A DNA stretch of 26,471 bases from a virus. Lineage: Duplodnaviria > Caudoviricetes. The translations under genes were made by a program, and so were the position numbers. Under the pieces are notes generated by a model. The model made no database searches and had not been told where the DNA came from. It was given only the letters and a program-made list of their open reading frames with translations. The stretch is from IMG/VR virus record IMGVR_UViG_3300027689_000031, positions 1 through 26,471 of that record; one strand, 5' to 3'. Shown here piece by piece: positions 1 to 9,161 of the stretch; positions within the stretch are counted from its first letter, which is position 1; the number at the start of each line of letters is the position of its first letter.

Positions 1-3
1 ATA

Positions 4-1200
4 CTAATCGGTCGCCTGATGGCTAGGCGCACCTAGCATTTCAGTTGTGACCATGACGCGGCCCACAGCGCCGTACTCTTTATGGTACGTAATGGCCCAT
101 GCGGCCCGGTCTGCAATCCACCCGCCGCGTGCAGCGTAGGCATCCCGCGCAGCCAGCGTCGGATGCTGCACCACAGTGACGCCGTTATATTCTTTCTCGT
201 CGCGGTGATGACGGTGGCCGCAGTGTATTTCACGGCGGGTAGTCCTGCCCCACTGCTGCGGGAACTGCGCGGCGAACAGCAGCGGCAGTGATTCGTTCTT
301 GACCTTGTGGCCGTGATGCACACCTATCATAGTGTTGCCCCACTCGAATACGTAGAACGGCAGCACGCTGTCGTTGACAGTGACGCGCGCGTCTTCTTCG
401 TAATGCACCGCGAACAGATCAGCTAACCAGCCGCTGCTTTCTACGTCGTGATTGCCTTCGGCTATAATCAGATACACTTCCTGATGGCGCTGCAATGACA
501 GCGCGACCAGAGAGCGGATGATCCGTATGGCTGCGCGGCGTATCTTAGGGAAGCGGCTGTCCGCATCTAGGACGTGTTTACCTGTCGGTGTTACGGGTGT
601 CTTGCCGTCGGTGTGCATGAAGTCACCTTGGATGTTGACAATTGCCGTATGCGCTAACGGGCTTTGATTTATCATCTGTACCAGCGCCGCAAGAATAGTT
701 TTCTCTGCGATGGACACAGACCAATCCGCCCCGCCTTCGCGGTGCCACGCCAGCATACCTAGGTGGTAGTCCGTAAAGGTGTACAGGTTGCATAGCTGCT
801 CTTCGGACTGCGCTGGCGCAACGACAATGTCCGCCGGCTGTATCTGGTCCTTGAAGCCAGCGACTGTCTCACGCATGGCTTCTATGAGCGCCTCATGCGT
901 TAGCGACGCCTTGACCCACTGGCCTGACGGCTTGCCTTCGGAGTTGTAGTAGGTTGACACGCCCTTGCTGACATAGCCCTGCGGCACTGGTCGGGTGAAA
1001 TCGTTCTCAGGAGCATAGCCTCGCAACGCTGCCTTCTTCTTGACCGCAATGTAGGCATCGCTTGCTGCGCCTTGGTTGATACCTAATGCAATTGATGCAG
1101 CCCTAGCGCCGCCATGTAATTCAATAGCCTCAAGCACCTCACGCTGTCTTGGTGTACAATAGTTGTACAGGTTTGCGTCTATGTATGTAATTGCTGGCAT
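4..1200 (-). CDS. Calcineurin-like metallophosphoesterase with N-terminal helix-turn-helix-like segment
   Basis: All five MPE motifs in order: TDYHLG, QGDFMH, EGNHD, HHGH, CGHRHH. The N-terminal TPRQREVLEAIELHGGARAASIALGI resembles an HTH. Abuts the o-spanin stop codon. Confidence 0.8.
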   Translation of the reverse strand: MPAITYIDANLYNYCTPRQREVLEAIELHGGARAASIALGINQGAASDAYIAVKKKAALRGYAPENDFTRPVPQGYVSKGVSTYYNSEGKPSGQWVKASLTHEALIEAMRETVAGFKDQIQPADIVVAPAQSEEQLCNLYTFTDYHLGMLAWHREGGADWSVSIAEKTILAALVQMINQSPLAHTAIVNIQGDFMHTDGKTPVTPTGKHVLDADSRFPKIRRAAIRIIRSLVALSLQRHQEVYLIIAEGNHDVESSGWLADLFAVHYEEDARVTVNDSVLPFYVFEWGNTMIGVHHGHKVKNESLPLLFAAQFPQQWGRTTRREIHCGHRHHRDEKEYNGVTVVQHPTLAARDAYAARGGWIADRAAWAITYHKEYGAVGRVMVTTEMLGAPSHQATD

Positions 1201-1425
1201 CTATTTGCCTTTCGGGCAATCAGCCTCACAGATACAAATAAAGGCGCTGTTATGCGCCTCAATTTCACTGACAGTTTCTGATGTATCTTTTGTTACATCG
1301 TAACTAATGGGTTTCGCGATAGCACAATAACTATTTACGGGAACGGTCGAAACGGTCGCGCAACCGTTCGTCGCGCTCAAGATCAGGGATGCTGACAGCA
1401 GCCGCGCCAAGTTCAATCTGCTCAT
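1201..1425 (-). CDS. Probable outer-membrane spanin (Rz1-like lipoprotein)
   Basis: Signal peptide MSRLNLARLLSASLILSA followed by lipobox-like TNG-C, then a short Cys-rich mature part. Overlaps the 3' half of the upstream gene at the end of the lysis cassette. Start could be 1434 or 1425. Confidence 0.7.
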   Translation of the reverse strand: MSRLNLARLLSASLILSATNGCATVSTVPVNSYCAIAKPISYDVTKDTSETVSEIEAHNSAFICICEADCPKGK

Positions 1426-1543
1426 TGATGGCATCGTTCATTTCCTTAATGGTTTCCTGACGCCCCTGCCGCTTCCAACGATGTTCATTCCAAAGTCCCA
1501 ACACTTTGTTCAGAACACCCAGCAGGGTCATCAGGAACTTCAT
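1331..1543 (-). CDS. Probable inner-membrane spanin (Rz-like)
   Basis: Short, moderately hydrophobic N-terminus followed by a charged helical region. Overlaps the lipoprotein gene in another frame. TAATG coupling to the upstream holin. Confidence 0.55.
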   Translation of the reverse strand: MKFLMTLLGVLNKVLGLWNEHRWKRQGRQETIKEMNDAINEQIELGAAAVSIPDLERDERLRDRFDRSRK

Positions 1544-1719
1544 TATTCGGCGGGTGCTTCAGACAGGAACATGGCAACTACGCCAGCCAGACCGGCAACT
1601 GCCGTAGATACTGTGGTCCACTCTGCGTCGGACAGGCCGAACGCCAAAGCAATACCAGCGAAGCCTGCATAGGTGCTAGGCTCTTTCAAACGGTTTACTA
1701 ACCAAGATACGATTTTCAT
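1543..1719 (-). CDS. Small two-TM holin-like protein (58 aa)
   Basis: MKIVSWLVNRLKEPSTYAGFAGIALAFG...VAGLAGVVAMFL; RLKEPSTxxG is typical of small phage holins. SD AAGGA just upstream of ATG 1719; the track's 1818 start overlaps the endolysin. Confidence 0.7.
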   Translation of the reverse strand: MKIVSWLVNRLKEPSTYAGFAGIALAFGLSDAEWTTVSTAVAGLAGVVAMFLSEAPAE

Positions 1720-1720
1720 G

Positions 1721-2113
1721 TCATTTTCCTTTCGGGTAAAACTTCCAAGGCAGTTCCCAGTGTGGGCCATCCTTGAACGCGCGCCAATCGCCGCCCCATT
1801 GGAGCGGGACTTTCTCATCCGCCGCAGCGGCCTTAACTACTTTAGCTAGCTTGTGGTACAGCGGCCAATCCCAACGTACTTCGCCGGCAATCATAGGCGC
1901 CAGATCGACAGCGTGTCCGGTGATGTGACGTGAGTTCATAGTCTTCGATGCGCCTTGGCTGACTAGTTGCTTCTGCCGCTCGACGCTGCGTATGCCTTCT
2001 AATACTGTAAAGTCAAGGTCTGACAGTGCAGCCGCCTTCTTGACCACACGCACCAGATCAGGATGCACACCTTCAAGCCGTGACAAACTGCGCTGGCCTA
2101 AGACTATAGTCAT
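1721..2113 (-). CDS. Endolysin, peptidase M15 family (L-Ala-D-Glu peptidase-like)
   Basis: Motifs SLSRLEGVHPDL, EGIRSVERQ, SRHITGHAVD, WGGDW, DGPHWEL. Start MTIVLG (2113) is coupled by ATGA to the upstream gene. Confidence 0.9.
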   Translation of the reverse strand: MTIVLGQRSLSRLEGVHPDLVRVVKKAAALSDLDFTVLEGIRSVERQKQLVSQGASKTMNSRHITGHAVDLAPMIAGEVRWDWPLYHKLAKVVKAAAADEKVPLQWGGDWRAFKDGPHWELPWKFYPKGK

Positions 2114-2292
2114 ACAGCACCTTTTTGTAACAGGCTTACTAGTATGCCAACCAGCAGCACAATGATGGTTCCGCAAGCACCAATACCGACGCTTTCCAGA
2201 CGCTTCATCCGGGCGCAGATACTTTCGTAACGGAACGCGCAGACCTGTTCGTGCGTGTTAAGCTGCGCTTGTGTCTCGTCGATAGTAGCCAT
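2110..2292 (-). CDS. Small membrane protein, coiled coil plus C-terminal TM (holin/antiholin- or XhlA-like)
   Basis: HEQVCAFRYESICARMKRLE followed by a hydrophobic segment; immediately upstream of the endolysin. Confidence 0.6.
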   Translation of the reverse strand: MATIDETQAQLNTHEQVCAFRYESICARMKRLESVGIGACGTIIVLLVGILVSLLQKGAV

Positions 2293-2294
2293 TG

Positions 2295-4787
2295 TTAGCG
2301 CCTCATGGAATTAAAATTGCGGGTTCTATTTTGGTTGTTATCGAACTGTTCAACGCCAACCAAAACTTTATCTGGCGGCGTATTCATCGCGTTGAACGTT
2401 GATATGCCTGCCATTGCCTTTGCGCTAAGAAGACCGTTGTCCATCATGCGGCGGGCTACTTGTGCGCGGTCAGCGGCAGGGATAGTCAGCAGCAGCTTTT
2501 CGGCAGCTTCACCGTTACGGAAACCTTCTGCCAGTGTCTGCTGAACTTTTGTAGATAACCCTGTGTCCGACAGAATTTTGGCAAATGTTAATGACGCCCG
2601 CCCAGCGGTAGTTAGTGCCCCGACCGGCGAATAACGGTGAAAAATATCTTTTTCTTGTGGCGGCGTCTTGAGCAGAGTTTTAGCGCGGTCCGCACCTAGG
2701 TCTGCTTGGTCGATCATATTCTGATTAAATTCGACTTCGCCAGCAATCTTTTGCAGTGCCGGCATACGCGACGGGCCTTGAGCGCCGCCCGGCACACCCA
2801 TCATTTCTTGGATGTCAAAATTTCTATTGCCGGCGCGTGGGAACGCCGCTTCAACCGTACCCGTAGTGCCGCGTTGACCGCCGACCGTAGCCGCAAACTT
2901 TGCTTGGCCTGCGGGGCCGCCCTCAAACATACCCGCAAGTTGGTCGGCAAATTGTCGACGTTCTATATCGCTGGCGCCGGTCGCAAAAGCGGTCTTAGCC
3001 GCCGCGTATCCTTTGCCGCCAGCGGTTTCAATGGAAGTATCAATAAGCGGTTTAATTTGGCTTACAACGCCAGCGGCAGCTTTTTTCACGCTGCCCACAT
3101 CCAACCCTTTATACAGTTGCCCAATAGTCACATCGACGCCGCGACGGATAGCATCTAGATCGCCGGCCCGAATGATCGGGCCTTGGCTTTCAATCTGTCT
3201 AGCTACATCAAGCAATGCTTTACGCTGGACTTCGCCGCCGCCTTCGGCGGCTGCCATTGTACGGATTTGGTCTACAAGTGGCCGTGTCTCAAGAGCGCGA
3301 ATACCCTGCGCCTCCAAACTCGCAATCTGCTGTTGCGCTGCGGCAGCTTCGCCACGCAAACGAATGGCTTGTTGCGCGGCTGTTTCGGCACGCGCCGTCA
3401 TCTCGCCTGCAACGCCGCGTTCTGCGTTGATTGCGGCGGGGTTAAATGCGTCGCCCAAATCGTCACCTTGACCAAGTCGTGTTTCAGCGCGGTCAGCACC
3501 AAAAGCCATACGGCGGGCCAGTTCGGATTGTTCGGCAGCCTGTTGTGTTGCTTGTACGGTTTGCGTTTGCAGCTTAGGAATGACTTGACCGCCAAGGTTA
3601 GCACGCTGAAACGCAGCGGCTTCGTCAGCGGCGTACTGCTGTCCAAGTTCACCTCTGCTTTGCAGCATAGCATTGCGTGCTTCACGTTCCGATGTGCCGC
3701 CCGCCATGCTGTTAAGTATGTCTTGCTGGGCTTTTGTCTCAGCCCGCGCAAGCGGGGCATAGATATTCTTACCTGCACCTTCTGAAACAGTCTTGAACAA
3801 CGCTTGAACAGTTGGTTCATCAGGTTTTGTTTGCGCCACGACTTTGGCAAACGGCACATTGCCGTCGGCGCTGCGGGCTAGGGCCAGCGCGTCTTGTATA
3901 TCCATGTTAAAGGCGCTGCGGAACACCGCGGCGGCTTGTTGAACGCCAAGCTGATTAGACAGACGCTCCCACGCAGGCAGCACTACTTTATCCATTGTAG
4001 TACGGAAAGTTGCCGAGCCTACCGTTGGCATAAGCGCGCCTATGACGCTGCTTATACCTATGTCTTGATCTGTTTGTCCAGATGCAACAGCCATGCCAGC
4101 GCCGGTCGCAGCGCCCGCTGTACCGCGGAGGGCTATATCCACTACACGATCAATAAGTTTTGGTGCGTTAGCCAGACCTTCTTTGACGGCTGCCCGCGTT
4201 GGCAACAGACCTGTCTTAAATCCGCTAGACCCCAGCGCGGTTGCTATGGCCGCGCCGGCCTTTGTACCTTGAGGGATAAGTTTTGCCGCCGCTCCGGGGA
4301 GCAGTGCGGTTCCAAGAACATCACCTGTAATTTTACCCGCAGTAGTTGTCATGGGGAAGCGTTGCTGCGACTCGCGTAAACGGAACGTCCCGCGTTCGCG
4401 CTGACCTTTGTCACCGCCTGCGCCGATAAGGTCTAGCCCTAACCTAATGGGTGTCGTGACGCCTTCAACTAATCCACCAAAAAAGCTTTCGACTTGGCCG
4501 GGGGCTTTATAAAATTGATCTGGCGTTAGCTTGTTCAACCGCGTTACTTCGCGCTGGTACGTTTGCACAGCCGACTTGTTATTGGTGCGCTTTGCATCCG
4601 CAAGGCGACCCGCTGCGTCTTTCTTAGCTGTAGCTAACGCTTGCTGCGCTTTTGTAGGCGCTTTAGGCGCAGCCGGCGGCGCTGCGCGCAGACGCTTGAT
4701 CTCGCCGGCAATTGCTTTTGCGCCTCTTGTGTCGCCCGCGCGGTGTGCCTTAACGAGAGCGGCTTCTAACTGCTGTGTACGAGTCAT
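2295..4787 (-). CDS. Large internal virion/ejection protein (P22 gp16-like position)
   Basis: 830-aa Ala/Gly/Gln-rich helical protein with hydrophobic Gly-rich segments; last of three large genes after the GNAT, as in P22/T7-like ejection modules. Confidence 0.65.
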   Translation of the reverse strand: MTRTQQLEAALVKAHRAGDTRGAKAIAGEIKRLRAAPPAAPKAPTKAQQALATAKKDAAGRLADAKRTNNKSAVQTYQREVTRLNKLTPDQFYKAPGQVESFFGGLVEGVTTPIRLGLDLIGAGGDKGQRERGTFRLRESQQRFPMTTTAGKITGDVLGTALLPGAAAKLIPQGTKAGAAIATALGSSGFKTGLLPTRAAVKEGLANAPKLIDRVVDIALRGTAGAATGAGMAVASGQTDQDIGISSVIGALMPTVGSATFRTTMDKVVLPAWERLSNQLGVQQAAAVFRSAFNMDIQDALALARSADGNVPFAKVVAQTKPDEPTVQALFKTVSEGAGKNIYAPLARAETKAQQDILNSMAGGTSEREARNAMLQSRGELGQQYAADEAAAFQRANLGGQVIPKLQTQTVQATQQAAEQSELARRMAFGADRAETRLGQGDDLGDAFNPAAINAERGVAGEMTARAETAAQQAIRLRGEAAAAQQQIASLEAQGIRALETRPLVDQIRTMAAAEGGGEVQRKALLDVARQIESQGPIIRAGDLDAIRRGVDVTIGQLYKGLDVGSVKKAAAGVVSQIKPLIDTSIETAGGKGYAAAKTAFATGASDIERRQFADQLAGMFEGGPAGQAKFAATVGGQRGTTGTVEAAFPRAGNRNFDIQEMMGVPGGAQGPSRMPALQKIAGEVEFNQNMIDQADLGADRAKTLLKTPPQEKDIFHRYSPVGALTTAGRASLTFAKILSDTGLSTKVQQTLAEGFRNGEAAEKLLLTIPAADRAQVARRMMDNGLLSAKAMAGISTFNAMNTPPDKVLVGVEQFDNNQNRTRNFNSMRR

Positions 4788-4789
4788 GC

Positions 4790-6430
4790 TTACAATCCAT
4801 ACATTTTAGCGATGTCGGCAGGTATACTACTCTTTGTCGGCGTCGCGCGCTTAGGCGGCTGCGCTTTTGTCTTGGCAGCGCCGCCTTCGTTTAGCTTGAT
4901 GCCGTTCTGTTTAGCGAAATTGCGGATAGTTCTTAGCCGGGTTTCGTAAGTGGAGTCAGCGCCGCCTACACCGCGTAAAAACAGCTTTTGTTCTGCTACT
5001 GCGTTCAGCGTACCAGAGGTACCTTCTTGAATAATCTGGCGCAAAAGTTGAGCCGCGTTTGCTTCAATATTATCTACGCTTGTTTTTTGGGCTGTACCGC
5101 CCGGCACATACGTGCGGTCACGCCGAAGTTCTGTCGCCCGATTTGCAATGTAGCTTTGCTTTTCTGAAACAAGATGGCCTTTTCTTTCTGCTTCTACGAC
5201 TGCGTCGTACAAATCTTGGACCGCAAGATCGCGCGCTTTTATTTTCTCTGGTGAAATATCACCCTTTGCAGGCTTGCCGGGGAGTATCTTTGTAAGCCCG
5301 CCGGGCGCTGCGTTTGATCCGCCGCTGGCCGGAGCAGCACCACCGCCGCCGGGTATCTGCGCGACGTAGTTTTGTGTTTCGCGGGGGACATGGTTGATCC
5401 ATCCGTTAGGGCCGCCTTTAGCTATTGCACGGCGCACTGCGCCGGGGCCTGCATTGTACGCAGCAGCAGCCTTACGCTCGTCGCCGCCGAAGTCGCGCAA
5501 CTGCTTATTAAAATAGGCTTCGCCAAGCGCAAGATTGTACGCTTCATCATTTTTAAGGCGGGCTGGGTCATACGGAAGACCAGCCAACTTAGCCGCTTCA
5601 GGCGCTGTAGCAGGCATAATTTGAGCAATACCAATGGCACCCTTTGGCGAAGTAAGCGGTGCGCCAAACTTATCAAATTGCTTACCGCGCGATTCCATAC
5701 CTATCATTATTTTAAATGTTTCTTTGCCCGTACCGGGCGAGCCGGCAGGCGGCGGCGTTCCAACGGCGGGCGCTGGCGTGCCAAAGCTACCGCCAGTTTG
5801 TTTAGGCACGGTATAAGTGGCGCCGTCAGCGCCTTTGATAATTTGCATACCGTCAGCAACTTGAAAACGTGAGCCGGGGACTTCAACTGCATCGCCGCCA
5901 AAATCTGATATAGCAAGTATGCGTTCTTCAGTGCCAGTGTTTTGCGTCTTAAGCTGTACCTTATAGCGTTTGTCAGCCTCAAGCGTGCTAATGCCAGTCT
6001 TTTTCTTCCATGCTTCAAACATCGCAGGGTCGCGCGGCATGGACGCTACGGCTTCTTGTAGTGAGCCTTGAAACATTTCATCTTGAAACTGAGGCTGGCG
6101 GGCAATGCGCCCTGCCAATTCCACTACTTGATCAGGCCCGTCGGCAACAGACAGCGCAGTACGAACAAAGTTATTAAATTCCATAGCCGTCTTAAGCATA
6201 GCGGATGTAGCTTTAGACCCTGCTTCGGATAACGCTGGGCCTTGCAAATCTACTGCGCGCGCTTCCTCGGCTGCGTCAAAGTCCATCTTCTGCTGCGCCT
6301 GCGCTGCTTGACGCCTAGATGTTTCGTTCTGCTGCGCCAAATTCATCATAGTCGCGTACTGCGATGTCATCTTTGACGGATCAGGAAGCTGCGGATTGCG
6401 CGTCTGAAGGGCTATCATTTGGTTTGCCAT
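4790..6430 (-). CDS. Ejection protein with internal soluble lytic transglycosylase domain
   Basis: SLT motifs MES (catalytic Glu), GAIGIAQIMPATA, AAAAYNAGPG, ETQNYV at about 5350-5730, flanked by Pro/Gly linkers. Confidence 0.8.
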   Translation of the reverse strand: MANQMIALQTRNPQLPDPSKMTSQYATMMNLAQQNETSRRQAAQAQQKMDFDAAEEARAVDLQGPALSEAGSKATSAMLKTAMEFNNFVRTALSVADGPDQVVELAGRIARQPQFQDEMFQGSLQEAVASMPRDPAMFEAWKKKTGISTLEADKRYKVQLKTQNTGTEERILAISDFGGDAVEVPGSRFQVADGMQIIKGADGATYTVPKQTGGSFGTPAPAVGTPPPAGSPGTGKETFKIMIGMESRGKQFDKFGAPLTSPKGAIGIAQIMPATAPEAAKLAGLPYDPARLKNDEAYNLALGEAYFNKQLRDFGGDERKAAAAYNAGPGAVRRAIAKGGPNGWINHVPRETQNYVAQIPGGGGAAPASGGSNAAPGGLTKILPGKPAKGDISPEKIKARDLAVQDLYDAVVEAERKGHLVSEKQSYIANRATELRRDRTYVPGGTAQKTSVDNIEANAAQLLRQIIQEGTSGTLNAVAEQKLFLRGVGGADSTYETRLRTIRNFAKQNGIKLNEGGAAKTKAQPPKRATPTKSSIPADIAKMYGL

Positions 6431-6449
6431 GTGGTTACACCTTTACGTG

Positions 6450-8162
6450 TCAAATTGTTGCGTAGGGGTTATACGCAAAAGGATTATATCCCTGCATAAC
6501 CATTGTAGGTGCCGCCGCCGTGGAGGTGCGCGTGGTATTAGGGCTGTTGTTGTTATAGTAATTCATCATGGCGTTGTTCATAGGCGCGTTAGCGAAATAG
6601 CCGCCTATCTGGCCTAGCGCGCTGTTAATCGCGTTAGCCTGCCCAACGTAACCAGACGCACGGGCTGCCCCAGCGTTCATCGCGCCTGTCGCTTGAGCGT
6701 TGCCGATATTGTACGCGCTTTGCGAACCAGCGTTTGCCAAGTTCATAGCACCGCCTGAAACGGCATTTGCTACGTTGTACGCATTTTGTGCAGTGTTCTG
6801 GCCTCGGTCCAGCGTAAGACCAGCTACGTTGCCGTAATACGCCGCATCGTTTGCTCTAGTTGCTGCGTTCTGGTTCATAAGATTTTGAGTTGTTGCATCA
6901 GCGCGACCCAAAGCAGTTCCGGCTGTTGCTTGGCCAAGGCCCAAAGCGTTTGCCGATGTTGTCGCGCCGCGATTCATAGCAATACCGCCAGTTGTCGCGC
7001 CGCGATTGACGGCAAGACTGCCAAGTGCGGACCCACGATTGACAGCAAGATTGCCGATTCCAATCCCGCGATTGATAGCAAGATTGCCCGTTGTGGTCCC
7101 ACGCCCTATAGAGTTTGCGGATGTCGCCTGCGCCCGCGCCAAAGCGTTTGCCGCGCTGTTTGAGCCAAGCTGGCCTGCAAAGCCGCTCATGTTGTTTGAC
7201 GCTGCTTGGCCCATAGATGACAACCCGCCAAGCGTATCAAGGCGCGCGCCGCGTTCAACCTGATAGCGGTTAAACGCGTTGTTAAATTCTTGGCTGGCTA
7301 AGTCTTGACCGAACCGCTGAATATTTTTTAGTGCGCCGCCAGACAATGCGCCGCCGCGCGCAGATGCTGAACGCTCTAGCCCCTTTAATCCTTCTGATTG
7401 GCGGAAAGCATATCCGGGGTCTTGCTCAAACTGGTCTGTACCAAAAGCCTTAGCGTACTGGCCGTAATTAGCCGCGTTTGTATCGCCGCGCAGCCCCATA
7501 AGCTGCATAATTTGATCACGAGCAAGCCCCCCGTCATCAATAAATGGTTGCTGAAATTCGCCCTGCCGCTGGTATGCTTTTTCGTAATCACCTTGAGCAG
7601 TGGTATACCCCAATTCTGCGGCGGCTTGAGCCTCGTCAAAGCCTCTGTTGGCATCAATTAGGGCGGTGTCATACCCCCTATTAAGACCGGACATGGCGGC
7701 GCCGTAGCCCGCACTAACATCGCCTCGTGCGGTGTCGAAACCTCTATTGGCGTCGGCTAGTGCGGTGCTGTAACCCAAATCACTAGCCGCCTGCGCGTTG
7801 GCAAACGAAGTATTGTATGCGCCTTGAGCGTCGGTGAAGCCTCTATCCGCGGCTGCTTGCGCGCCAGTGAACGCCCGTTCGTCTGCGCCGCGCGTTTCGG
7901 TGTAGCGCAGGCGCTCTAAATTTTGCGCCTGAAAATTTGCTTCACTCTGCGCCTGCTGTGCTATGGCTGCCGCTTCCTTTGCCGCTGCAACGGCTTCAGC
8001 CGTGCCAGTACGCTGCGCTTCTAGCGCCAGCGCCGCTGCGCGCTCCTGCGATGCTGCCGCAGTGTTAGCTGCTTTTACTTGCGCTTTGGCAGCTTTGCTA
8101 GACGCATTAGCAGATACTGCGCCGCCGACAACTGCCGTCCCGACTATTGCTGCTACAACCAT
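6450..8162 (-). CDS. DNA ejection/pilot protein (P22 gp7-like) with 11-residue repeats
   Basis: Hydrophobic Gly/Ala N-terminus, DPGYAFRQSEG...SASARGGALSG core typical of gp7-like DNA transfer proteins; located directly after the GNAT. Confidence 0.7.
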   Translation of the reverse strand: MVVAAIVGTAVVGGAVSANASSKAAKAQVKAANTAAASQERAAALALEAQRTGTAEAVAAAKEAAAIAQQAQSEANFQAQNLERLRYTETRGADERAFTGAQAAADRGFTDAQGAYNTSFANAQAASDLGYSTALADANRGFDTARGDVSAGYGAAMSGLNRGYDTALIDANRGFDEAQAAAELGYTTAQGDYEKAYQRQGEFQQPFIDDGGLARDQIMQLMGLRGDTNAANYGQYAKAFGTDQFEQDPGYAFRQSEGLKGLERSASARGGALSGGALKNIQRFGQDLASQEFNNAFNRYQVERGARLDTLGGLSSMGQAASNNMSGFAGQLGSNSAANALARAQATSANSIGRGTTTGNLAINRGIGIGNLAVNRGSALGSLAVNRGATTGGIAMNRGATTSANALGLGQATAGTALGRADATTQNLMNQNAATRANDAAYYGNVAGLTLDRGQNTAQNAYNVANAVSGGAMNLANAGSQSAYNIGNAQATGAMNAGAARASGYVGQANAINSALGQIGGYFANAPMNNAMMNYYNNNSPNTTRTSTAAAPTMVMQGYNPFAYNPYATI

Positions 8163-8163
8163 G

Positions 8164-8619
8164 TTATTCCCCGATCCATTTGCTGTAATATGTCTCTACA
8201 GGTTCCATTTTTAAAAACTCAAATAGACGTGAAGCGTCCTTGTGAAATTTAGAACCATAAAACATACGATGCACGCCTCTCCTTTTAGCCTCTTTTTCAA
8301 CTAAACGAAAGAGTTTTACACCACTAAATCCACCACGCACATCCGGATGCGTCCAAAAGATGTCCATTGTCAGCGTCAGGCACGTTTGGTAGTGTAGCCC
8401 CGGCGCAATAAAACCTATAAAATATCCCACTAAACGGCCAGTTTCGCGCAGCGTCACCACTATCACTTGGCCTGCGTCATCGCGGGCGTTGTAGATGTCG
8501 TACTGCGGATCAAGCGGAACTTTATCTTTGTTGAGGGCCAATTCTTCCCAATGCAGAGGCAACAACGGTTGCGCTTCTTGGATAAACGGACCCCAATCTT
8601 CGACTTGTGCTGTTATCAT
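8164..8619 (-). CDS. GNAT-fold acetyltransferase-like virion assembly protein (P22 gp14 / T7 gp13 position)
   Basis: LVGYFIGF, DIFWTHPDVRGGFSGVKLFRLVEKEAKRRGV (motif A), ASRLFEFLKM. Confidence 0.8.
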   Translation of the reverse strand: MITAQVEDWGPFIQEAQPLLPLHWEELALNKDKVPLDPQYDIYNARDDAGQVIVVTLRETGRLVGYFIGFIAPGLHYQTCLTLTMDIFWTHPDVRGGFSGVKLFRLVEKEAKRRGVHRMFYGSKFHKDASRLFEFLKMEPVETYYSKWIGE

Positions 8620-9161
8620 TATGCGCTCCTGATGTCTACAATGCAGACTATCCTATCATCTGCGCTGTTATTTACAACAGAATGTGTTACACGATTATTG
8701 ATCCACCATATTTCGCCGCCGCGAAAGTTAACTGTTTCGTCGCCGCTGTGAAACAGCGCGCCGGGCAAAGACTGAAGTGCAATCTGGTAGCGGATGTAAA
8801 ACTCTGCTGGAGCGCCGCCGTCAACGTGGGGTGTAATCTCACCGCCCGGCGGCAGCTTGGTAATGATGCAGCGGCCAAGCTGAACGCCGTTGACGCGGTG
8901 GATCAGGTCTAGCACCATGCGGCGCAGCGACGGTAGCCGCATCCACGCAGGATACTCAACCGTCTGGATGTCATTAACAACCGCATCAGGCGTGTCAGGG
9001 ATTGCGTTAAACCACAGCCAAATGTCGCTGACGTCTGCATGGGCGGTATCAGGATGGCTGGTGCGAAGTGTATTCTGGTCCCACAACTCTGGCTGCGTGA
9101 CTAACTCCCGTAAGACAGAAGATGTATTTAGCCCTTCAGCAATGCGTAGGAAATTCTGCAT
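8619..9161 (-). CDS. Aspartyl/asparaginyl beta-hydroxylase-family 2OG-Fe(II) dioxygenase
   Basis: ITKLPPGGEITPHVD (HxD), GEIWWINNRVTHSVVNNSADDRIVCIVD (distal His, 2OG-binding Arg). Confidence 0.85.
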   Translation of the reverse strand: MQNFLRIAEGLNTSSVLRELVTQPELWDQNTLRTSHPDTAHADVSDIWLWFNAIPDTPDAVVNDIQTVEYPAWMRLPSLRRMVLDLIHRVNGVQLGRCIITKLPPGGEITPHVDGGAPAEFYIRYQIALQSLPGALFHSGDETVNFRGGEIWWINNRVTHSVVNNSADDRIVCIVDIRSA

